Notes under the pieces: generated by a model | Databases searched by the model: none | Seen by the model: the letters and a program-made list of their open reading frames with translations, nothing else | What the model was told of the DNA's origin: nothing | Program-made: the position numbers and the translations under genes | Shown here: positions 8,984 through 15,575 of the stretch, in pieces | How the letters are laid out: each line of letters begins with the position of its first letter | Position numbering within the stretch: position 1 is the stretch's first letter | DNA from: an uncultured virus (IMG/VR IMGVR_UViG_3300032233_002452) | Lineage: Duplodnaviria; Heunggongvirae; Uroviricota; Caudoviricetes | Length of the DNA: 20,000 bases | Strand: one strand, 5' to 3' | Virus record (IMG/VR): IMGVR_UViG_3300032233_002452

Positions 8984-9336
8984 TTTGTGAGCTCATAAGG
9001 TTTATTCCACTTACCTACATTAATGTGGTAGTAATAAGCAGTATCAAAATAATCGGTCATTGCATCCGAACGGTCATAATAATCCGCAGCGAGCAATGCC
9101 TGTTTGATTTCTTGCAATGCTTTCAACGCTTTTGGTTTATCTTTATAGTGGTCTTCTAACCAATAGGGATTCACTTGAATATTATCGCCACCAAAATCAA
9201 TTGGACCAGATTTGATATTTACGCAAATGCTGGAATGATTGTGAACACTCAAGGTTGCCTTCAAACCATATTTTTTAAATACAGGTTTAATAGCGGCGGC
9301 AATAACTGCCTTTTTTTGTTGATTCATGTATGCCAT
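8980..9336 (-). CDS. Early hypothetical protein, possibly LPD29-like (polyvalent-protein associated) domain
   Basis: 118 aa; YYDRSDAMTDYFDTAYY motif; AAGGA RBS. Confidence 0.55.
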   Translation of the reverse strand: MAYMNQQKKAVIAAAIKPVFKKYGLKATLSVHNHSSICVNIKSGPIDFGGDNIQVNPYWLEDHYKDKPKALKALQEIKQALLAADYYDRSDAMTDYFDTAYYYHINVGKWNKPYELTK

Positions 9337-9346
9337 TTTTATTTCC

Positions 9347-9619
9347 TTACATTGACCAATAAGATTCTGAAGCGGGAGAGCAATAATACGGAGTATCGTA
9401 TTTTTCTTTGAATTCTTTTCCGCTCATCATGTTCTTTTTTGTAACCCAAGTTTCAAACACTTCAACGGTCAAACCAAGTTTACGTTTTTGTTCTGCCACA
9501 ATTTCAATATAATCCTTGGTGACAGGAGCAAATTCTTGTTTAGCAATCAAGCGGCGACCTTCTTTGGTGCGCTTATCTGATTTGTAAATTTCGAGGGTAT
9601 ATTCGGTTAATGCAGACAT
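9347..9619 (-). CDS. Hypothetical protein
   Basis: Start MSALTEY with AGGAG RBS; C-terminal NMMSGKEF..DTPYYCSPASESYWSM. Confidence 0.7.
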   Translation of the reverse strand: MSALTEYTLEIYKSDKRTKEGRRLIAKQEFAPVTKDYIEIVAEQKRKLGLTVEVFETWVTKKNMMSGKEFKEKYDTPYYCSPASESYWSM

Positions 9620-9620
9620 T

Positions 9621-9854
9621 TTAAACTCCTTGCTTTTCACGTGATTCCATCATTTCTGACAAAATAAATTTAGCGACATTTAGTTGCTTGCGAACCATTT
9701 CGGTTTTATTCATCGCACCTAATTCTTGACAATCTGACAAAATGCCCATAACAACCATTTCGATACCGCAACATTTTGCGGTCATGCTATTGATATATTC
9801 ATCACGAATATCCGATTCGGTCATGCCGTAGCACTTGCTTTCAAATTCAGTCAT
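9621..9854 (-). CDS. Hypothetical protein (first gene behind early promoter)
   Basis: 77 aa ORF with GAGAG upstream. Confidence 0.7.
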   Translation of the reverse strand: MTEFESKCYGMTESDIRDEYINSMTAKCCGIEMVVMGILSDCQELGAMNKTEMVRKQLNVAKFILSEMMESREKQGV

Positions 9855-9885
9855 AATTTTCTCTCTTTTTTCAATCTATGGATAG

Positions 9886-9913
9886 AGTATAACAGAACCA
9901 CGGTAATTGTCAA
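9886..9913 (-). promoter_or_regulatory. Strong sigma70-like early promoter TTGACA-16-TATACT with extended -10 TGn
   Basis: Minus strand TTGACA ATTACCGTGGTTCTGT TATACT. Confidence 0.8.
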
Positions 9914-9955
9914 GCACTATTTGAATACTTGACCAAATTGGTCTGGTATTACTGT

Positions 9956-9973
9956 TGTTGTTTTTATACAACA
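9956..9973. repeat. Palindromic motif TGTTG-N8-CAACA, copy 4
   Basis: TGTTGTTTTTATACAACA overlapping stop of 9964..10161. Confidence 0.75.
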
Positions 9974-10161
9974 GTTATTTCATCCGAATCCATTAGTACT
10001 ATGGTTCTCAGTTCTCCGAACACCACAATAGGTTCATCTAATACAATAGTATTACTTACCTTACCACCGTATTTTACACGTGATTCCTGTACAATACCAG
10101 TAAAAAAGTACTCATTTAAATACTTGCCCACAACCTGCTTACCATCAAGAATCCAACTCAT
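9964..10161 (-). CDS. Small hypothetical protein (beta-rich)
   Basis: 65 aa, GAGGT RBS; GIVQESRVKYGGKVSNTIVLDEPI. Confidence 0.7.
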   Translation of the reverse strand: MSWILDGKQVVGKYLNEYFFTGIVQESRVKYGGKVSNTIVLDEPIVVFGELRTIVLMDSDEITVV

Positions 10162-10186
10162 AGTTACCTCATTAATTTATAGGGTA

Positions 10187-10215
10187 ATTTTACACTAAAT
10201 AGGGATAATTGGCAA
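10187..10215 (-). promoter_or_regulatory. sigma70-like early promoter TTGCCA-17-TAAAAT
   Basis: Upstream of 9964..10161. Confidence 0.7.
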
Positions 10216-10240
10216 GCGGTATAACCGTTATTTTTCATCA

Positions 10241-10258
10241 TGTTGCAAAAATACAACA
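10241..10258. repeat. Palindromic motif TGTTG-N8-CAACA, copy 5
   Basis: TGTTGCAAAAATACAACA, 25 bp upstream of the -35, in the divergent intergenic region. Confidence 0.75.
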
Positions 10259-10270
10259 ATAAGGGTCAAC

Positions 10271-10549
10271 ATGGACTTTTTTAAATTGGTAGCCGAGGTA
10301 GGGTTTCCTATCGCAGCGGCTTGTGCGGGTGGTTACTTTATTTTCTTAACACTCAAATTCATTTTGGCTGGTGTTATGAGCTCAGTCAAAGGTCTATCAG
10401 GAATCATTACAGCATTAGACAATCGTGTTAAAACGATGAATCATGATGTAGTGCGTATTGATACCGTAGTTTCAAATGCTCTTGGTTTAAAACCAGATAC
10501 AAATCGTATAGCTCGTGCCGATGGCAAGAATGACGCAAGGAGAGATTAA
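10271..10549 (+). CDS. Single-TM coiled-coil protein with GFPI motif (YvrJ/holin-like), paralog A
   Basis: VAEVGFPIAAACAGGYFIFLTL TM followed by ALDNRVKTMNHDVVRID heptads. Confidence 0.75.
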   Translation: MDFFKLVAEVGFPIAAACAGGYFIFLTLKFILAGVMSSVKGLSGIITALDNRVKTMNHDVVRIDTVVSNALGLKPDTNRIARADGKNDARRD

Positions 10550-10746
10550 TGTTATATGTTGAATATAATTTTGATTTAGAAAACAACACCATTATGTTTG
10601 ATAGTGATATGAGATTGGAAGGATATCCACTTCCGGGTGTGGGCGGAAGATTGCCAGAAAAGTGGAAAGATGGAGATTTATGGATGATGAAAGTTGTCGC
10701 TGATGGTAGAGTCGTTTTACAGAAAGTTAAAGAGAATGAACTCTGA
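10549..10746 (+). CDS. Hypothetical protein (possible AbrB-like beta-hairpin tail WKDGDLW..DGRVVLQK)
   Basis: 65 aa, TAATG coupling, GGAG RBS. Confidence 0.55.
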   Translation: MLYVEYNFDLENNTIMFDSDMRLEGYPLPGVGGRLPEKWKDGDLWMMKVVADGRVVLQKVKENEL

Positions 10747-10897
10747 CAATTTGACTCAACGTGAACAACTGATATACAACATGTATTTGTGCGAATGTGA
10801 TAAAAATAAAAGAATGAAAAGTATCATATACAGATGGAAATTGTCGTGGTACAATCTTACAAAGAGAATAAAAAATGGATGTAGTAGAGTTAATTAA
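10736..10897 (+). CDS. Possible small hypothetical protein
   Basis: ATG at 10736 overlapping previous stop region; overlaps next gene by ~23 nt. Confidence 0.35.
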   Translation: MNSDNLTQREQLIYNMYLCECDKNKRMKSIIYRWKLSWYNLTKRIKNGCSRVN

Positions 10898-11174
10898 CAA
10901 GTATGGTTTCCCAATTGTCGCTGCTGGCGGCATGGGTTACATGATTTACTTTGTATGGGAATGGGCAACAAAAGAGGTAAAGCCTGTTTTGTCTGAGGCA
11001 AATACGGTGCTTATCGCATTGATTGACCGTATTCGTATGCTTGATAATGACCTGATTCGTTTACAACAAAAGGTCGATGTGGTTCTTCACCTGCGTGGTA
11101 AGACCATTGAACATGAGCGTGTGATGGCTGAAGCAGAAATCAACAAACAACACGCCGAAACAAACAAGAAATAA
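10875..11174 (+). CDS. Single-TM coiled-coil protein with GFPI motif, paralog B
   Basis: INKYGFPIVAAGGMGYMIYFVW TM followed by ALIDRIRMLDNDLIRLQ heptads; alignable to 10271..10549. Confidence 0.75.
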   Translation: MDVVELINKYGFPIVAAGGMGYMIYFVWEWATKEVKPVLSEANTVLIALIDRIRMLDNDLIRLQQKVDVVLHLRGKTIEHERVMAEAEINKQHAETNKK

Positions 11175-13184
11175 TTACTTGCTTGTTGCCCGATAGGTGC
11201 CGTCCCAATCTTTTGGTGCGGTACCACCTTTAATTCTGTCATACATTACATCATAATAGTCACTCATTTCTGGAGTGGCATTCTTACACAATTCAATAAC
11301 ACCACAAGCTTTAGACCATTGACCTCTGTAGTAAAAGTCAAGGAAGGTTTTGTGTTGTTCCGTTTCATGTGCTAGTGTAAATATTTTTACACCTTCTTTT
11401 TTACCTTTAACTGCGATACAATCCAGTTCAAAGATATCATATTCATCTTTTACCAATTCTGCGGTTCTTTGACCTAAGACCATCTTTACAGCATAAGGTT
11501 TAGATTGTCCCTCTAAACGTGATGCAAGGTTTACGCCGTCACCTAGGCATGTGTAGTCAAATCGTTGGTCACTACCCATGTTACCTACAACCACGACCGC
11601 ACTATTAATACCAAGACCCATACCGAATGCAGGAATGCCTTCAGCGGTTATCTCTTTGTTGAAATCTTCTAAACTTTCCATCATCTGCAATGCAGTCTTA
11701 ACTGCCATGTGTGCATGTTGTGGTTCGTCTAGTGGTGCATTCCAAAATGCCATCTGAGCATCACCAATATATTTGTCTAGTGTACCATTATTGTCAATGA
11801 TTTTTTTCGTCATTGCCGTCATGTAACGGTTCATAATCTTTGTTAGGCCTTGTACATCTCTACCATAGTGTTCTGAGATTGTGGTAAAACCACGAACATC
11901 GGTAAACATAATTGACAACTCACGTTCATCACCACCCAATTGTAATTTTTCAGGATGTTTCTGCAACTGAGAAACTAGTGCTGGTGACAAATATGTTCCA
12001 AATTGTTTTTTGATTTGTAATTTTTGTTTTAACTCAACTAAGAATTTGACAATGTATCCGTGGAAGCTAACCAAGATAAGGACTGATATCGGAAATACAA
12101 CATCAACCAAATACTGATATCGAACAAACAATTCGGTACCAAAAATGTATGTACCTACAGCAATACAAAGTGCAAAGATGTATCCGTGTGTATATCTTGC
12201 TAGTAGTAGAGTTATTATACAAAACGACACAATGTATAATAACTCAGCTGGTAGTGCCCAATCTGGACGTGATATGTTTGTGCCGTTTACAACGGTGTCT
12301 AGTACTGCAGCTTGAACGTAATGTGGATAGACTGCGCCTGAAGGTGTTGCGACAGGATTGTTGAGACCTTTTGCGGTGAGTCCAACGATAACGATTCCGC
12401 CACCAAAGTCTTTGGGTAATTTATTGGCTGAATGTTCAATGGGTTTTGTAGACCAATCAACCCAAATTCTACCAAGTTCATCTGTGGTGATTTTTCCAAA
12501 TTTAGGAATTCTAACTGCCTCGATTCCGTTGTCGGTGACTTTGACTTGAAAACTTGGGTCTCCTGAGGCGACTCTGAGGGATTCCAAACTGATTGAGGGA
12601 TACAATCTGTCTCCGGACTGTACCACCATAGGCACTCGTCTTGTAACTCCATCGATTTCAGGGAGGGTGTTGACAACACCAATGCCAGCAGCGCTATCAT
12701 TGAGTTGTTTAATATTCGGTTCGATATTGCCATAATTTACTCCTGCGTTTTCACCACCAATTACAGAAACACCTGGTCTGAATGGTGGATATTTGTTTGT
12801 TATGTTTTCTGTAGTTGCTACGTGAGGTATAACTACTGGATATTTTTTGAAAGTTTGTGCTAATTGAGAATCTTGACCAAACCTATCACCGTCAGGCATA
12901 TACACGTTAAAGATAACCAACCCAGCACCATGCCGATACAAATCAGTAATGAGGGTGGCATATTCTCCACGGGGGAACGGGAATTGTCCTTTTTGTCGAA
13001 TATAGGCATCGTCTATGTTTACAACATGCACCTGTTTAGATACAGTTGTTTCCTTTCCTGTAATGAGTGTGTCGAAATAACGAAGTCTCACGGATTCTAC
13101 AAAACTTGGGTCTGCAATTCTGATTGCCAATAAAAGCATCATTGTTAGAAGTGCAGTCCAAGGCGACAGTAGAATTTTTTTCAT
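11175..13184 (-). CDS. CHASE2-domain class III adenylate cyclase (N-terminal TM, periplasmic CHASE2, ~3 TM, cytoplasmic cyclase)
   Basis: CHASE2: VNIDD..GQFPFPR, DGVTRRVP, YPHYVQAAVL; cyclase: MFTDVRGFTTISE, LDKYIGDAQMAFW, GINSAVVVVGNMGS, DYTCLGDGVNLASRLEG, VKGKKEGV; C-terminal PKDWDG. Confidence 0.95.
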   Translation of the reverse strand: MKKILLSPWTALLTMMLLLAIRIADPSFVESVRLRYFDTLITGKETTVSKQVHVVNIDDAYIRQKGQFPFPRGEYATLITDLYRHGAGLVIFNVYMPDGDRFGQDSQLAQTFKKYPVVIPHVATTENITNKYPPFRPGVSVIGGENAGVNYGNIEPNIKQLNDSAAGIGVVNTLPEIDGVTRRVPMVVQSGDRLYPSISLESLRVASGDPSFQVKVTDNGIEAVRIPKFGKITTDELGRIWVDWSTKPIEHSANKLPKDFGGGIVIVGLTAKGLNNPVATPSGAVYPHYVQAAVLDTVVNGTNISRPDWALPAELLYIVSFCIITLLLARYTHGYIFALCIAVGTYIFGTELFVRYQYLVDVVFPISVLILVSFHGYIVKFLVELKQKLQIKKQFGTYLSPALVSQLQKHPEKLQLGGDERELSIMFTDVRGFTTISEHYGRDVQGLTKIMNRYMTAMTKKIIDNNGTLDKYIGDAQMAFWNAPLDEPQHAHMAVKTALQMMESLEDFNKEITAEGIPAFGMGLGINSAVVVVGNMGSDQRFDYTCLGDGVNLASRLEGQSKPYAVKMVLGQRTAELVKDEYDIFELDCIAVKGKKEGVKIFTLAHETEQHKTFLDFYYRGQWSKACGVIELCKNATPEMSDYYDVMYDRIKGGTAPKDWDGTYRATSK

Positions 13185-14266
13185 TTTTGTATGATGTTAA
13201 TTGTGGTAGAACCACCAGTATTTACTTTTTGAGTTATTGCCAAACCATCTTGTGTGATATTGACAACAGAACTCTGTTCAATATTTAGAGTTACCACGGC
13301 CGTGTGTGAACTGGTTTTATTTAAGGTTACTTTACTGCCATCATCATTGAAATAGAAAATTAGACCACTAGCTTCATTATATCCAGGTAACAAAGTACTC
13401 ACGTTTGCCATTTCTTCAAACGATTGAAACAGTTGCCGTGTTGATAAATCTAAGGCATTGACCAACATGTTTACATCAAGTAGATTGATATCCAATTCTC
13501 TAAATGAATCAAGTTTGTTTTTATCAAGTTCATCATACTTTAAAAAGTTGCGGTCAAGAAAATTAATATCAAGTGCAGTTTTCATTTCCGACTTATGTTT
13601 TTCTTCTTCTCTAATTTCTTTTGGTGGTGCAATAATCAACATGTTGTTGATATTCATTTGGTCAACCATAATGACGACCGGTTTACTAGGTGGTAGATTG
13701 CGTGATACAACTAGTGTTGTTTGAAATGCTACATCCATAAAAACTTCACCGGCATCAGTTGATACCGAAATGGCACCGGTTACACAACCTTTATCATCAC
13801 ATGACGGTAAAAGAGTTACTAGACTACGACCTAATTCATCAACGGTCATAGAAAAATCGGTTCCACGTACAGCAACCGTTGCGGTTGGAGTCTGTATGTT
13901 GACCGATTGAGGATTAGTTTTTGCGATTTGACCACTTGCGTATCGTGCGGTGCCCATCACGACTTTCATGGCCAGTTTACCAGAACCTTTGATTGGGTCA
14001 TAAACAAAGTCATCAATGACCAGTTTAGATTGTTCTGTTATATTTACTGTTGTTTTGTCTTCGAATTCGAGTTTAGCCTTGGCACGAGCGGTAACTATCG
14101 TGTCATTCATTTCTACACCAGCATTGACCTTACTTTCGATTGACTTTTTGTTTCGTACAATCTCAGTAGGTCCGGTTTGTTCAGTAACCTTACCGACTGC
14201 GGCGTAATTAGTTTGACTGATTAATAGTAATGTTGTTACTATTGCCAGTCGAATTAACTGTAACAC
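13181..14266 (-). CDS. Secreted FecR-domain protein with curlin-like C-terminal strands
   Basis: GTG start, signal peptide; MNDTIVT, LEFEDKTTVNITEQSKLVIDDFVYDP, TPTATVAVRGTDF FecR motifs; ATGA overlap with cyclase. Confidence 0.88.
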   Translation of the reverse strand: MLQLIRLAIVTTLLLISQTNYAAVGKVTEQTGPTEIVRNKKSIESKVNAGVEMNDTIVTARAKAKLEFEDKTTVNITEQSKLVIDDFVYDPIKGSGKLAMKVVMGTARYASGQIAKTNPQSVNIQTPTATVAVRGTDFSMTVDELGRSLVTLLPSCDDKGCVTGAISVSTDAGEVFMDVAFQTTLVVSRNLPPSKPVVIMVDQMNINNMLIIAPPKEIREEEKHKSEMKTALDINFLDRNFLKYDELDKNKLDSFRELDINLLDVNMLVNALDLSTRQLFQSFEEMANVSTLLPGYNEASGLIFYFNDDGSKVTLNKTSSHTAVVTLNIEQSSVVNITQDGLAITQKVNTGGSTTINIIQK

Positions 14267-14798
14267 TTTGCGTTGTTATTCCAGATTGTGTAACACCAAT
14301 AACGTTTGTGTCACCAGTAACAGTAATATTTGCGTTTACTGTACCTGTTGAAGTGCTAGTATGCGTAACTTGGTTAGTACTGCCAGACACAGATATTGAA
14401 CTGGTGTGGTTTCCACCAGAACCTAATAGTTGTTTTACTGTGTTATCATCACCTACAATTTGTTGACTAATTGTGGAACCAGAACATGAAGCAGAAGTTG
14501 TAGTACCGCATTGAACTTCTTGCATGTTTCCAGAACCAACTGTATTCAATGTAACGTTCGTAGCGGCACCATTAACTGTCATAATCAATTCATTAGATGA
14601 ACCAATTTGGTCAATAATTACGGTATTTGTGCCGCCACCGATAAAAACGGTATCTGTTGGTGTGCCAACTTTGTTGCCTGTTCCGTCTTGTGTAATTGTT
14701 ACGGTCGAATTATCGCCTACCTGTTCAATATACACTTCGTTTGCATAACTTAAATTCACACCAACCATCATAGCAATGATTAATGCTAATTTTTTCAT
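14208..14798 (-). CDS. Curlin-repeat (CsgA/CsgB-like) secreted beta-solenoid protein
   Basis: Signal MKKLALIIAMMVGVNLSYA; repeats NEVYIEQVGDN, STVTITQDGTGN, NTVIIDQIGSSN, NVIGVTQSG, NNITINQ; ATGA overlap with csgG stop. Confidence 0.75.
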   Translation of the reverse strand: MKKLALIIAMMVGVNLSYANEVYIEQVGDNSTVTITQDGTGNKVGTPTDTVFIGGGTNTVIIDQIGSSNELIMTVNGAATNVTLNTVGSGNMQEVQCGTTTSASCSGSTISQQIVGDDNTVKQLLGSGGNHTSSISVSGSTNQVTHTSTSTGTVNANITVTGDTNVIGVTQSGITTQSVTVNSTGNSNNITINQSN

Positions 14799-15574
14799 TT
14801 GTTTTCCTTTTTGAAAGACCATAGTCCTTTTTTCTGTCCGTCCATAATCATCTCATATACTGATTGTTCAATTGCAACCCTAACGGCATAAGTCGTAGGT
14901 TCATTTGCGGCAGAACCACCTTCTAGTTCTAAGGCTTTCGTACCTTGTTCCAGAAATTTTAATACACCCACATTGCTTGATGTTGAATATACTGTTTTTG
15001 ATATTGCATTTGTCAGCAATATTTCACCAGAAGATACACTCACCAATCTTAATGAAACTGTTATCTCATCTACTCTATATTGTTGTGATGCCCCGATACC
15101 AAGATATCTGGCGCCTGCACCACCACTTTTAATGTTACTATCAAAACCAATAATACCACCTTCAATCATTACACCGGCAACTGTCATTGGTTTCAATGTC
15201 TTTGCTTCTTTACCCTCATAAACTTCACGTTGGTTACGAATCAATTGTCTTTCTTTGATGACGTTATCCAAACCAACACGTTCTACAACCTTAAACCAAC
15301 CTGGTACATCTTGTAGTGCTTTGATTAAAAACACTTCGCCACCTTGCGTTACCGCTTTACTGAACAGAGCCAGTTTGTCACTAGGTTTCATTTGGCCTGT
15401 CTTATCAGTAAAACCATAAACAGCAATAGTGATTGGCGGTCCATCCAAAGGTGGTATAGACTCTATCAAATTCTTTCTAGGTTGCACTTTGATAGGTTCT
15501 TCTTTAAGATACTCTAGGTCAATGCTAGCGCATCCTGTTAAAAAGACTATCAAAAGTGCAGCAATAAATTTCAT
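14795..15574 (-). CDS. csgG: Curli secretion channel lipoprotein CsgG
   Basis: Lipobox FLTGC; VYGFTDKTGQMKP, FSKAVTQG, WFKVVERVGLDNVIKERQLIR, IEGGIIGFDSNIKSGGAGARYLGIG, VSLRLVSVSSGEIL. Confidence 0.93.
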   Translation of the reverse strand: MKFIAALLIVFLTGCASIDLEYLKEEPIKVQPRKNLIESIPPLDGPPITIAVYGFTDKTGQMKPSDKLALFSKAVTQGGEVFLIKALQDVPGWFKVVERVGLDNVIKERQLIRNQREVYEGKEAKTLKPMTVAGVMIEGGIIGFDSNIKSGGAGARYLGIGASQQYRVDEITVSLRLVSVSSGEILLTNAISKTVYSTSSNVGVLKFLEQGTKALELEGGSAANEPTTYAVRVAIEQSVYEMIMDGQKKGLWSFKKENK

Positions 15575-15575
15575 A

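Noticed and set aside
882..10258. CRISPR array from the TGTTG..CAACA repeats
   Set aside because: Dispersed, irregular spacing, variable core, no cas genes
11175..13184. Pycsar/CBASS-type defence cyclase
   Set aside because: Has CHASE2+TM sensor architecture and ATP-specifying residues; no adjacent cNMP-binding TIR/TM effector recognised
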